Below, one piece after another: positions 13,193-23,586 of a stretch of DNA of 64,000 nt. This stretch comes from an uncultured Thiomicrospira sp. GTDB taxonomy: Bacteria > Pseudomonadota > Gammaproteobacteria > CAKMZV01. Location of the stretch: the NCBI GenBank assembly GCA_965195345.1, contig OZ239628.1, positions 128,001 through 192,000 of the forward strand. The letters are read 5' to 3'. The position numbers and the translations under genes were made by a program. How positions within the stretch are numbered: position 1 is the stretch's first letter; every line of letters begins with the position of its first letter. The notes under the pieces are model-generated. The model was not told where the DNA came from. It saw nothing but the letters and a program-made list of their open reading frames with translations, and ran no database searches.

Positions 13193-13923
13193 TTGTCATT
13201 CCTGCTATAGATATTAAAGAAGGACAATGTGTCCGATTAAAACGCGGCGATATGAATCAAGCCGATGTCTATGGAAATGATGCGCTGGCAGTTGCTCAAC
13301 GATGGGCTGATTCGGGCGCGAAACGTTTGCACATGGTTGATTTAGACGGTGCTTTTGCGGCAAAACCGATGAATCAAGACATTATTTTTCGAGTTAAACA
13401 AGCTTTGCCTAACTTGCCTTTACAGGTTGGAGGAGGCATTCGTGACGAACAAACGTTATCTACGTACTTTGATGCCGGCATTGATTGGTGCATCATGGGC
13501 ACCAAAGCGATTGAATCTTTTGACTTCTTAGAATACATTGCGGACAAATACCCTCAAAAAATCATTCTCGGCATTGATGCTCGTAACGGAATGGTTGCCA
13601 CTGACGGTTGGGCAGAAGTCTCAAATATAAGTGCGATTGAGCTTGCTATGAAATGCTCTAAGTTGCCTCTTGCAGCTATTGTTTATACTGATATTTCCCG
13701 CGACGGAATGCTTTCAGGCGTAAATGTTGACGCAACGCATGCTATAGCGAAAGCGACCACTTGTGGGGTTATTGCTTCTGGAGGGGTGAAAAACTTAGAA
13801 GATATAAAACTGCTTGCCCCTCATTATAAGGATGGCATTATTGGTGCAATAGCAGGTCGTGCTATCTATACAGGTGATTTAGACCTTTTTGAAGCACAAC
13901 AACTTGCAGATCAATTATGTTAA
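13189..13923 (+). CDS. hisA: ProFAR isomerase
   Basis: [27 protein letters not shown]. Confidence 0.97.
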   Translation: MIVIPAIDIKEGQCVRLKRGDMNQADVYGNDALAVAQRWADSGAKRLHMVDLDGAFAAKPMNQDIIFRVKQALPNLPLQVGGGIRDEQTLSTYFDAGIDWCIMGTKAIESFDFLEYIADKYPQKIILGIDARNGMVATDGWAEVSNISAIELAMKCSKLPLAAIVYTDISRDGMLSGVNVDATHAIAKATTCGVIASGGVKNLEDIKLLAPHYKDGIIGAIAGRAIYTGDLDLFEAQQLADQLC

Positions 13924-14675
13924 CCACACGCATCATTCCTTGTCTGGATGTTGATAACGGTCGCGTTGTCAAAGGAGTAAATTTCGTTAACCTAATAGAT
14001 GCGGGGGATCCTGTAGAAATTGCTGCAAAATACTATGATATGGGAGCCGATGAAATTACATTTCTTGATATAACCGCATCTTGTGATAATCGCAATACTA
14101 TGGTAGATATGGTTAGTAACGTCGCGGAACAAGTTTTTATCCCGCTAACTGTTGGAGGAGGCGTTCGTAATTTGCAAGATATCAAAAAAATACTACGTGC
14201 AGGAGCTGATAAGGTCTCAATAAATACTGCTGCAATAACAACGCCTACTTTAATAAAAGAGGCTGTGGACCACTTTGGCACACAATGCATAGTCGTAGCC
14301 ATAGATGCACGCAAAGTCGGAGAGAATCGTTGGGAAGTATATACGCATGGCGGGCGTAATCCAACGGGTATAGATGCTTTAGAATGGGCAAAGAAAATGG
14401 CTCACTTTGGAGCTGGTGAACTGCTGGTAACAAGTATGGATCGAGATGGCACAAAGCAGGGATTCGATCTTGAACTTTACATGGAAATTAGCAAGAACGT
14501 ACCTATCCCGTTAATTGCCTCTGGTGGCGTTGGGAGTTTACAGCATTTAGTAGATGGTGCTAAGATAGGCTTGGCAGATGCCGTATTGGCAGCCAGTATT
14601 TTCCATTTTGGGCAACATACAATTTCCGAAGCGAAGCAAGTCATGCACGACAACGGAATTCCAATCAGACAGTAA
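13917..14675 (+). CDS. hisF: IGP synthase cyclase subunit
   Basis: [29 protein letters not shown]. Confidence 0.98.
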   Translation: MLTTRIIPCLDVDNGRVVKGVNFVNLIDAGDPVEIAAKYYDMGADEITFLDITASCDNRNTMVDMVSNVAEQVFIPLTVGGGVRNLQDIKKILRAGADKVSINTAAITTPTLIKEAVDHFGTQCIVVAIDARKVGENRWEVYTHGGRNPTGIDALEWAKKMAHFGAGELLVTSMDRDGTKQGFDLELYMEISKNVPIPLIASGGVGSLQHLVDGAKIGLADAVLAASIFHFGQHTISEAKQVMHDNGIPIRQ

Positions 14676-14676
14676 C

Positions 14677-15195
14677 ATGAAAACAATCGGATTGTTTTTC
14701 GGCACCGACACTGGTAATAGTGAACGTATTGCTGAAGAGATTAAAGAGTATTTATCAGAAAAAGCGCATGTTGAATTGCATGATCTTGCTCAGACTAGTG
14801 TAGAGGATTTTTCTCCTTACGAATACATTATTCTAAGTCATCCTACTTGGTACTATGGTGAATTACAAAGTCATTGGGAAGACTTTTGGGAAAGCTTTAA
14901 AGAAGTGCGCTTTGAAGGAAAAAAAATAGCATGTATGGGTCTTGGCGACCAGTACGATTACGCCGATTATTTTGTTGATGCGATGGGCTTAACCCACGAC
15001 ATAGCCCTCGCCAATGGTGCCACACCATGTGGTTATACTTCAACAGAGGGCTACGATTTTGAAAAATCAAAGGCCACCACAGAAGATGGCGATTTTTTTG
15101 TAGGTCTTGCTCTTGATGAAGACCAGCAACCTGAGCTTACTGATACACGTTTGCATAACTGGCTCGAACAAGTTGCTGAAGAGTTTGACTTATAA
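14677..15195 (+). CDS. fldA: Long-chain flavodoxin
   Basis: GLFFGTDTGNSE FMN loop, PTWYYGELQ, GLGDQYDY, FVGLALDED; true start MKTIG at 14677. Confidence 0.93.
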   Translation: MKTIGLFFGTDTGNSERIAEEIKEYLSEKAHVELHDLAQTSVEDFSPYEYIILSHPTWYYGELQSHWEDFWESFKEVRFEGKKIACMGLGDQYDYADYFVDAMGLTHDIALANGATPCGYTSTEGYDFEKSKATTEDGDFFVGLALDEDQQPELTDTRLHNWLEQVAEEFDL

Positions 15196-16482
15196 ATGAC
15201 GCCCTCTTCAACACGCCTGATTGAGCGTGATAGTCAATACGTAATTCATCCTTACGCTCCTCCAGCAGGACACCTCTCTTTCCCCCCATTACCTGTTTCT
15301 CATACAAATGGATGCAAGATTATCCTTGAGGATGGTAGCGAACTCATTGATGCCATGTCTTCTTGGTGGGGGACCATTCATGGGTATAACCACCCGCATC
15401 TTCTAAAGGCAGTCCAATATCAGCTTAACAAGATGCCGCATGTCATGTTTGGGGGACTTACTCATGAACCCGCTGTCGCCCTTGCTGAAAAATTGGTGAA
15501 GGTAATGCCCGATAACCTTAAGCGTGTATTTTTTGCAGACAGTGGATCGGTCGCAGTTGAGGTCGCTATTAAAATAGCTCTGCAGTACTGGCAATCTAAG
15601 GGCACTCCTCGTAACACACTATTAACTGTGCGTGGTGGTTACCACGGTGACACCTTTGGTGCAATGGCGGTTTGCGATCCGATTAATGGGATGCATTCAC
15701 ATTTTTCTGGCGTACTTTGTAAACATCTATTTGCCCCAAGACCTTACGCTATTGACGATGAAAATACGGATGATATCGATGCTTTCAAAGCAATTATTCA
15801 TAAACACCGCAATGAAATCGCAGCCGTTATATTAGAACCTATTTTGCAAGGTGCTGGAGGAATGCATGTATACCGCAGCGAATACTTAAAAGAAGTTCGC
15901 AATATATGCGATTGCCATGGCATTTTGCTAATTGCCGATGAGATTGCTACAGGCTTTGGGCGCACTAGCATGTGGCTTGGGTGCGACCACGCCAATGTGA
16001 CACCAGATATTCTATGCCTTGGAAAAGCCTTAACTGGTGGCTTGATGAGTTTTGCTGCGACTATGATTACCGATGAAATCGCTAAAGTTGTTAGTAACGG
16101 CTCCCCTGGTTTGCTGATGCACGGACCAACCTTTATGGGGAACCCTTTGGCAAGTTCTGCCGCGCTAGCAAGCTTAGGAATACTTGAAAAAGGCGCTTGG
16201 AAAGACCAAGTAAAGTCGATTGAGAAACACTTACAACATAGCCTTCTCCCATTGAAATGTGATGAAAATGTTGTCGATGTTCGCGTCATTGGCGCTGTGG
16301 GAGTTGTTGAGCTCAAGCAAGCGATACCGCCTAATATATTAACACCCATACTCTTAAAAAATGGTGTTTGGCTACGTCCTTTCAACCGCTTACTCTATAC
16401 AATGCCTCCTTATGTGATTCAGAAAGAAGAGCTGAAGAAAATAACGGATACTATTACTTTGCTTGCGAAAAATAGTCTTTAA
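15196..16482 (+). CDS. bioA: Adenosylmethionine-8-amino-7-oxononanoate aminotransferase
   Basis: DAMSSWW, HVMFGG, GYHGDT, DEIATGFGR, LGKALTGG, HGPTFMGN. Confidence 0.97.
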   Translation: MTPSSTRLIERDSQYVIHPYAPPAGHLSFPPLPVSHTNGCKIILEDGSELIDAMSSWWGTIHGYNHPHLLKAVQYQLNKMPHVMFGGLTHEPAVALAEKLVKVMPDNLKRVFFADSGSVAVEVAIKIALQYWQSKGTPRNTLLTVRGGYHGDTFGAMAVCDPINGMHSHFSGVLCKHLFAPRPYAIDDENTDDIDAFKAIIHKHRNEIAAVILEPILQGAGGMHVYRSEYLKEVRNICDCHGILLIADEIATGFGRTSMWLGCDHANVTPDILCLGKALTGGLMSFAATMITDEIAKVVSNGSPGLLMHGPTFMGNPLASSAALASLGILEKGAWKDQVKSIEKHLQHSLLPLKCDENVVDVRVIGAVGVVELKQAIPPNILTPILLKNGVWLRPFNRLLYTMPPYVIQKEELKKITDTITLLAKNSL

Positions 16483-16630
16483 CGCCCCAAAACGGACAAG
16501 ACTCTCTCAAAATTAAAGCAACCAATAACGACTGCTTAGCAGGGCACTATAAGCATGCCGGCTTCTCGCATGACTTATGATCATCCAAATTCGTTTTGAA
16601 TGTTAAACTGTTTAACAAAAATTAGGATTT

Positions 16631-17059
16631 ATGGTAAGCATCGTGCAAAGAATTGCCTCAGATAGCGTAGAAGTAAACGATAATACTATACATCGATTGG
16701 GACGGACTCGTGTCTTTAACGGCATTGGAACAGGATGATAATATAGAAATCGTTCATTACATATAAAACGATTGATACAATACAGAATGTTTCCCGACAT
16801 TGACAAAAAATGAACCATGCTTTTGTAGATGTAGGTGCAGGCTACTTATTGTGTCGCAGTTTAACTGATACTTCTAAAGGCTTACACCAAAGTTTTAATA
16901 GATGTGCGCATCCCCAAAAAGCACAACCCTTATTTGAAACAGCAATTGAGACGGTTCAGAACTCTGGAGTACACGTTGAATCTGGTTTGTTTGGACAACA
17001 TATGCGTGTTCAGTTGATACACGATTGACCCAGTAACTTTTATATTTAATGCACAGTAA
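16631..17059 (+). pseudogene. dtd: D-aminoacyl-tRNA deacylase pseudogene with multiple frameshifts
   Basis: Pieces in different frames read MVSIVQRI..SVEV / GLVSLTALEQDD / RLIQYRMFPD / MN / IVSQF / SKG..SF / VESGLFGQHMRVQLIHD / PVTFIF. This is the full Dtd motif order (QRV, RIFxD, SQFT, GxFGAxM, DGPVT). Confidence 0.85.
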
Positions 17060-17060
17060 A

Positions 17061-19391
17061 ATGACAAATTTAGTTATCGTCGAATCTCCGGCAAAAGCCA
17101 AAACAATAGAAAAATATCTTGGCAAAGACTTTTCTGTCATTTCATCCTTTGGACACATCAGAGACCTTGATAAAAAAGGGATGGGGATTGATATAGAAAA
17201 TAATTTCACCCCCATGTATTCTGTATCTCCTGGCAGCACGAAGCATGTTAGTGCCATAAAGAAGCAGCTGAAAAAATCTGAAACAGTCTGGCTCGCGACA
17301 GACGAAGACAGAGAAGGTGAAGCCATAGCATGGCATCTATACGATGAACTAAAACTCACCGATTCAAATACGCGAAGAATAACCTTTAATGAAATTACCA
17401 AAGAAGCCATCCTTCACGCAGTAGCACATCCTCGGATGATTGACTTAGATTTAGTGAACGCCCAGCAAGCTCGTAGAGTTATTGATAGATTAGTAGGTTT
17501 CAAGCTCTCCCCTGTTTTATGGAAAAAAATTCAACGAGGGCTATCTGCTGGGCGTGTGCAATCTGTAGCAGTGCGATTGGTTGTAGAAAAAGAACGCAAA
17601 ATTCAGCAATTTCAGTCAGTCTCAAACTTCCAAATAGAAGCAAATTTAAAGTCTGGATCAGAAGAAATGAAAGCCCATTATCCCGATACTATTAATAGTA
17701 AGGAAGCGGTTTTGCCATTTTTTAATCAAATTCAGTCAACTCAATGGACGGTAGGAAAAATTAACCGCAAAGTTTCAAAGCGCTCTCCTCAACCGCCATT
17801 TACTACATCAAGCTTGCAACAAACCGCTTCAAGCATGTTTGGTTTTTCAGTGAAAAAAACCATGGTATTAGCTCAAAAACTGTATGAAGCTGGCTATATA
17901 ACCTATATGCGAACTGATTCTGTTACCTTATCAAGTCAAGCGCATGAACAAATAAAAAAAGGCATTTTTAAAAGGTTCGGTGATGAATACTATCAACATC
18001 GTCTTTATAAGACCAAACAGGGAAATGCTCAAGAAGCTCATGAGGCAATACGCCCAACGGATTTTGACTTCGATATGAAGACTGGCGACAGTGGCGAAAA
18101 AAAACTATACCGCCTCATTCTTGAAAGAACGTTGGCATCTCAAATGTCGGATGCAAAGATTAATCGAACTGAAATAAATATTGATGCTGGTGTGGAAAAA
18201 CCTTTTATTTGTAAAGGAGAAGAGGTCGTTTTTGATGGTTTTATGCACTTGACAGGTAGAGGCAGTAAGAACATTATATTGCCTTCCCTAAAACAAGGCG
18301 ATCACCTACAAATGCAATCCGTTCAAGCTCGCGAGCGTTTCAGTCGTCCATCCGCACGCTACAGTGAAGCAACTCTTGTGAAAGCGTTAGAAGAGCTTGG
18401 CATTGGCAGACCCTCTACATACGCACCGACCATATCCACCATTCAAGAAAGAGGGTATGTAGAAGTCAGAGATTTAGAGGCACAATCAAGAGAAATTCAG
18501 ATTATTGAGTTGTCAGGCGAAGGGATATCTGAAACCGTTGAAAATGAAAAATTTGGTTCCGAGCAAGCTCGAATGATTCCAACGGCAGTTGCAGAGTTAG
18601 TGACAGATTTTCTCATAGAACATGCAGAAAGCATTGTTGATGTTCAGTTCACTGCTAAACTTGAAGCAAAGTTTGACAAAATTGCCAGTGGGAAAGAATC
18701 TTGGGGAAACATGGTCTCTAATTTCTATTCAACATTTCATCCCATGGTTGATCATGCAAGCCAAGCTCAAAGGCCAAGCGAGACAACGGCCCGATTGATT
18801 GGAACGCACCCAAAACTGGAAAAACCACTTTATGCAAAAATTGGCAGATACGGTCCTTATGTTCAAGTTGGTGAAAACCCAACAGATGAAGAGCCTTCTG
18901 AAAAGCCTTTATATGCAAGTCTAAGAAAAAATCAAAACATAAATACGATTTCTCTTGAAGAGGCGCTTAAATTATTTGACCTACCAAGAGAGCTCGGTAC
19001 TTTGGATAAAGATATACATCATGTTGCGATTGATGGGAGCACGTTTAATGCAGAGAAAGGAGTAACCATTTATGCTAATATTGGTCGATTTGGTCCCTAC
19101 CTTCAATACGGCACACGTTCATACGCATCATTAAAAAAAGATCATCCCTCTCCTGAAGAGATAACACTTGAAAGGGCTACAGAGATTATTGATGAAAAGT
19201 TAGCAGCTGATGCTAAAAAACACATTGCAGTCTACGGAGACATCTATGCAATGAAAGGGCCTTACGGTTTTTATCTTAAACAAGGCAGAAAGAATTTCAA
19301 AATATCGCAAGATATGGACCCACAAAACTTATCAGCGCAGGATATTGAGAAAATTTTGACGCAAACTCGCAAAAAAGGGAGAAAAAAATGA
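17061..19391 (+). CDS. topA: DNA topoisomerase I with Topo_C repeats (no Zn ribbons)
   Basis: [35 protein letters not shown] (catalytic Tyr), GIGRPSTY; C-terminal GRYGPY/GRFGPY/GPYGFY repeats. Confidence 0.97.
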   Translation: MTNLVIVESPAKAKTIEKYLGKDFSVISSFGHIRDLDKKGMGIDIENNFTPMYSVSPGSTKHVSAIKKQLKKSETVWLATDEDREGEAIAWHLYDELKLTDSNTRRITFNEITKEAILHAVAHPRMIDLDLVNAQQARRVIDRLVGFKLSPVLWKKIQRGLSAGRVQSVAVRLVVEKERKIQQFQSVSNFQIEANLKSGSEEMKAHYPDTINSKEAVLPFFNQIQSTQWTVGKINRKVSKRSPQPPFTTSSLQQTASSMFGFSVKKTMVLAQKLYEAGYITYMRTDSVTLSSQAHEQIKKGIFKRFGDEYYQHRLYKTKQGNAQEAHEAIRPTDFDFDMKTGDSGEKKLYRLILERTLASQMSDAKINRTEINIDAGVEKPFICKGEEVVFDGFMHLTGRGSKNIILPSLKQGDHLQMQSVQARERFSRPSARYSEATLVKALEELGIGRPSTYAPTISTIQERGYVEVRDLEAQSREIQIIELSGEGISETVENEKFGSEQARMIPTAVAELVTDFLIEHAESIVDVQFTAKLEAKFDKIASGKESWGNMVSNFYSTFHPMVDHASQAQRPSETTARLIGTHPKLEKPLYAKIGRYGPYVQVGENPTDEEPSEKPLYASLRKNQNINTISLEEALKLFDLPRELGTLDKDIHHVAIDGSTFNAEKGVTIYANIGRFGPYLQYGTRSYASLKKDHPSPEEITLERATEIIDEKLAADAKKHIAVYGDIYAMKGPYGFYLKQGRKNFKISQDMDPQNLSAQDIEKILTQTRKKGRKK

Positions 19392-19894
19392 ATGAACAGC
19401 GTTTTGTTTCTATTTTAATGGGATCGGATTCAGATTGGCCCGTAATGCAAAAAACGCAATCGGTACTGAAAAAACTACAGATAACTTGTGAAGTAAGAGT
19501 TCTTTCAGCACATAGGACTCCTGAACAAACTGTTGAGTACATAAAAGATGCGGAAAAAAGAGGAGCGTGTGTTTTTATTTCAGCAGCTGGAATGGCAGCA
19601 CATCTTGCTGGTGCTACGGCGGCGGCAACTACGCGCCCTGTAATAGGCGTTCCGCTAAATGCGGGAAGTCTTGGTGGATTTGATGCATTACTATCGACTG
19701 TTCAAATGCCAAGCGGCATTCCTGTAGCAACGGTTGCTATCGGCTCAGCAGGCGCGGAAAATGCCGCATATTTAGCTGCACAAATACTTGCGTTATCTGA
19801 TAATTCTTTGGCTGAAAAAATAAAACACGTCCGTGCTGAAAATGTGAAGAAAGTCCTCCAAAAAAACGCTAACATACAAACAGCTCTTGATTAG
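19388..19894 (+). CDS. purE: N5-CAIR mutase
   Basis: [30 protein letters not shown]. Confidence 0.97.
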   Translation: MNEQRFVSILMGSDSDWPVMQKTQSVLKKLQITCEVRVLSAHRTPEQTVEYIKDAEKRGACVFISAAGMAAHLAGATAAATTRPVIGVPLNAGSLGGFDALLSTVQMPSGIPVATVAIGSAGAENAAYLAAQILALSDNSLAEKIKHVRAENVKKVLQKNANIQTALD

Positions 19895-20031
19895 ATTGCG
19901 CCAAAAATGCAGAATTCTGGATAAAATCGATGCTTTTCTATAAATTAATTGCAGAAATTTCAACGATATAAACAAATAAATTTAAAGTGATTGTAAACTT
20001 TGATTTTATCTTCTATAATAATTAACTAATT

Positions 20032-21360
20032 ATGCCTAACACATTCAAAACAAAAAAACTGAAATTTCTTAGTATAGGAGTGCTTATCGGTGCTTCTCTA
20101 TGGCTATGCTTGCCCTTGCAAGTTACAGCCTCCTCAACGAATCTTCCATTAGAGGAAATTCATCGCTTAAACAACGCATTTGAAACAATTAAAGGATCCT
20201 ACGTCGATGAAATGGACGACAAAGAACTAATTAATGCTGCAATTCGCGGAATGATTAGCGACTTGGATCCCCATTCTGCATATCTTGAACCAGTCGCCTA
20301 CAAAAACTTGCGCACATCTACAAGTGGAAAGTTTGGTGGCTTAGGTATAGAGGTCACGATGGAAAACGGTTTTGTGAAGGTAGTTTCCCCCATCGACGAT
20401 ACCCCCGCATTCAAAGCTGGCGTGAAAGCTGGTGATTTAATCATTCGCTTAGACGAGTTATCAGTCAAGGGAATGAGTCTCAAAGAGGCTGTTGACATTA
20501 TGCGTGGCGAACCAGGAACAGATATTGAGTTAACTATAGTACGCGAGAACGAAGGCAAACCAATAGAAATAACGATAACTCGCGATATTATTCAAATTAC
20601 CAGTGTTCGTTCAGAAATGCTTGAAGATAATATAGTTTATATACGAATATCCCAATTCCAAGAACCAACCTCTCGGCAAATGTATGAAAAAATCAAACAA
20701 TACCAGCAAGAGAATGGCCGCATAAATGGTCTCATCCTAGATTTGAGGAACAATCCTGGCGGTGTTCTATCTGGCGCGATTGATGTTGCTGGCGCTTTTT
20801 TAGATGAAAAGGTGGTCGTTAAAACAAAAGGTCGTATTCGTAATAGCAGCGAAATTTTCAAAGCCAATCCTGGAGATTTATTGCCAAACACCCCAATAAT
20901 CGTTTTAATAAACGGGGGATCTGCGTCTGCGTCTGAAATTGTTGCCGGCGCTTTACAAGATCATCGTAGAGCTATTATTATGGGTCAAAAAAGTTTCGGT
21001 AAAGGATCTGTTCAAACCGTTATCCCTTTATCAAAAAAGTACGCGATGAAAATAACTACTTCAAGGTATTACACACCTAACGATCGCGCGATACAAGCAG
21101 AGGGCGTAACGCCTGACATAGGAATCCCTATCGTCAAAGTTACTCCTGTTGAACAAATTCAAAGATTTAAAGAGAAAGATTTGTCAGGCCACCTTGAAAA
21201 TGAACCCTCCGATGACGCTCAAAAAACAACGACTTCTAACAAAAATACTATTGAAAAGCCTGATACGTTAATTAATGCCGATAGCATAATCGAAAAAGAT
21301 TATGAACTTTCTCAAGCAATCAATACACTGAAAGCATTGGGCTTAACCCAAAGAAACTAA
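20032..21360 (+). CDS. ctpA: Carboxy-terminal processing protease, S41A family
   Basis: Signal peptide, LDPHSAY, PDZ domain (GLGIEV), DLRNNPGG, SASASEI (Ser), GKGSVQ (Lys). Confidence 0.95.
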   Translation: MPNTFKTKKLKFLSIGVLIGASLWLCLPLQVTASSTNLPLEEIHRLNNAFETIKGSYVDEMDDKELINAAIRGMISDLDPHSAYLEPVAYKNLRTSTSGKFGGLGIEVTMENGFVKVVSPIDDTPAFKAGVKAGDLIIRLDELSVKGMSLKEAVDIMRGEPGTDIELTIVRENEGKPIEITITRDIIQITSVRSEMLEDNIVYIRISQFQEPTSRQMYEKIKQYQQENGRINGLILDLRNNPGGVLSGAIDVAGAFLDEKVVVKTKGRIRNSSEIFKANPGDLLPNTPIIVLINGGSASASEIVAGALQDHRRAIIMGQKSFGKGSVQTVIPLSKKYAMKITTSRYYTPNDRAIQAEGVTPDIGIPIVKVTPVEQIQRFKEKDLSGHLENEPSDDAQKTTTSNKNTIEKPDTLINADSIIEKDYELSQAINTLKALGLTQRN

Positions 21361-21381
21361 TTTTCAAATAAAGGAAGAACC

Positions 21382-22785
21382 ATGAATGTTAAACCGCTAA
21401 GAAGCATTATTGTAATTTTAATCGTATTTTTTTCCGCAGTTACTATATGGCAAGATAAGCTTTTATCTTTCTTCGAATCAAATCCTCAACTTAATGGTTT
21501 CATTGTCCTTGCAATGCTTGTTGGCATGATTTTTATCACTTGGAACGCCGCCCGTTTAGGAACAATGATACGAATCCTTAAACAAGCTGACGAAAAGCCT
21601 GACGATTACAAAAAAATCATTAGTAATTCCAAAGTATTTGAAACATTCATGTCACGTAAAGATGTGGATACTGTTCGTGGATGGAATGAAGAGAATCTTT
21701 TTAGCGCAGAACAGGTAGACGATATTCTCAGCAGTATGAGACTTCGAATCGGCGAAATTAGAAATTTTTCTAATTACTTTTCAGGCGTATTAATCATTCT
21801 TGGCTTATTAGGGACGTTTCTTGGCCTCTTGGAAACCATTAAAGCTATTTCTGAGGTATTCAGTGGACCCTCACTAAAGTTCTTGGTAGGTACTAAAGAT
21901 ACTGGAGCTGCAGGTGGTGCAGAAGTACTTACGTTTTTTGAAGCAATAGCAAAACCACTCGCTGGTATGGGTATTGCGTTTTCATCTTCCCTATTTGGTT
22001 TATCTGGTTCTTTGTTTGTCGGTTTGCTTGCTTTTGTTTCCTCAAGAAGTCAATCTTTCTTCTTATTTGATGTATTTGATTGGTTCAAAAGTCGAACCGT
22101 TGAAAAAGATAAAGAGTCGCTTGATAAAAAATCGATGACTAACATGAAAGGTGGATCTGGAGGGGCTGGAGGCTTAATGGGCTCGCTTATTTCTCGAGGA
22201 GTTCAGCACTCACAAACCTCTCAATCTGGTGGTGGAACTGGCAATGTTACTGGAACAGGGCACTTTAAAGGTGATTTTGATGGTCGTTCTTTAACAGAGG
22301 TATTTGATCGACTTGAATTGCTATCAAAAGATGCTATTGAAAAAAATGGACTGCTGGCTCAAGCTGCGCTGAAACTGGGTGAAAACCTTGCTTTGGAACA
22401 AAAACGGTTAGCAGACATCGCCACATACCAACAAAGATCTTCCACTTTTCTTGCCAGCATAAATGAACAAAGTGCCCAGCAAATTCATATTATGAATCAA
22501 CTAGTTGAAGCAAGTCATAGTAATACAGATCGAGAAGAGTTTAGAGCGCTTGCCTCACATTTCCACCGTTCCTTTGACAAATTACTAAGTGAAGTTAGCA
22601 CATCAAATCGCCACTTATTAGAGAACATTAAGATCAGAGGAGATGCACCTATCGGCAACATCGACCCATATGGGAATCAAAATCCTACTGCTCAAAACAA
22701 TCCAATTGAACCCAACCCACCCTCTTATACAACGGCGGTTGATGCGCAACATTTTGAATCTTCAGGTCAAGAAGACCGTCGTTAA
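21382..22785 (+). CDS. MotA/TolQ/ExbB/ZorA-superfamily ion-channel subunit with long C-terminal tail
   Basis: N-terminal hydrophobic segments with NPQLNG, then LGLLGTFLGL and GMGIAFSSSLFG channel helices; about 230-aa soluble tail. Confidence 0.85.
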   Translation: MNVKPLRSIIVILIVFFSAVTIWQDKLLSFFESNPQLNGFIVLAMLVGMIFITWNAARLGTMIRILKQADEKPDDYKKIISNSKVFETFMSRKDVDTVRGWNEENLFSAEQVDDILSSMRLRIGEIRNFSNYFSGVLIILGLLGTFLGLLETIKAISEVFSGPSLKFLVGTKDTGAAGGAEVLTFFEAIAKPLAGMGIAFSSSLFGLSGSLFVGLLAFVSSRSQSFFLFDVFDWFKSRTVEKDKESLDKKSMTNMKGGSGGAGGLMGSLISRGVQHSQTSQSGGGTGNVTGTGHFKGDFDGRSLTEVFDRLELLSKDAIEKNGLLAQAALKLGENLALEQKRLADIATYQQRSSTFLASINEQSAQQIHIMNQLVEASHSNTDREEFRALASHFHRSFDKLLSEVSTSNRHLLENIKIRGDAPIGNIDPYGNQNPTAQNNPIEPNPPSYTTAVDAQHFESSGQEDRR

Positions 22786-22802
22786 CAGGTCAATGTAAGC
22801 CT

Positions 22803-23585
22803 ATGGAATCTCAAGACTTAAATAGAATTGTTTGGCCAAGCTGTGTCGACATTTTTGGTCAAGTTGTGGTGACAATGGCATTCTTCTTCCTACTAATATT
22901 TATAATTTTAGCCTATTTCCTTGCTCAAATAGAATTTAGCAAAAGAGTTCAATCGACTGTTATCTCATATCAGACTTTATACAAACCAATTGCTGATTTT
23001 TTATCCCCTTCTAACATAAGAAAACAAAATATTAAGAAAGAAAATCTGGATAACTTAATTTTACAGATAGAGACCTATGTTAAGTCAGTTCCTGTTGATC
23101 GTGTTGTAGAACTTAAAACCCTAATTAAGCAAAGGGATAACTTGGTGGAAACAGTGCACAAGTTGGGCTTTACCAGCTATACACCGCAACCTTTAAAAGC
23201 CGAAATAGACACTATGGCAGTTATCTCTGGAGAAATAATAAACTATAAAGGTCGTTGGGATATATCAAGGCAAGGTGATAGTATTATTATTAACTTTAGT
23301 AATAATGGTATCATTCCTGATGAAGAATCATTGGCTTCAATTAGAACAACTCTTCGTGCTTTTGTTGCCACCTTAGGGAACAGGAGAGTTCAAGTTGAAG
23401 GGACTCAAAGCCCATCGGTTCGTAATAATGCTTTAAATAGTAGGCAAGTCATCGCACGGAATTTTGAGATTCGAAATATACTGAATCAATTTGGTGTAGA
23501 TAAGAGAAACATCGAACTCATTAAATCGCCACCATTAAATAGTTATCCGCATGGCGCTATTTTTATAAAAGTTATGCCTAATTAA
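22803..23585 (+). CDS. MotB-like stator B subunit 1 (single TM, degenerate OmpA-like domain)
   Basis: WPSCVD motif at the start of a single TM helix; C-terminal VQVEG...AR..IRNILNQFGV OmpA-like pattern. Confidence 0.7.
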   Translation: MESQDLNRIVWPSCVDIFGQVVVTMAFFFLLIFIILAYFLAQIEFSKRVQSTVISYQTLYKPIADFLSPSNIRKQNIKKENLDNLILQIETYVKSVPVDRVVELKTLIKQRDNLVETVHKLGFTSYTPQPLKAEIDTMAVISGEIINYKGRWDISRQGDSIIINFSNNGIIPDEESLASIRTTLRAFVATLGNRRVQVEGTQSPSVRNNALNSRQVIARNFEIRNILNQFGVDKRNIELIKSPPLNSYPHGAIFIKVMPN

Positions 23586-23586
23586 C

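Noticed and set aside
16810-17028. 72-aa ORF as a stand-alone small protein
   Set aside because: It is one frame-fragment of the dtd pseudogene.
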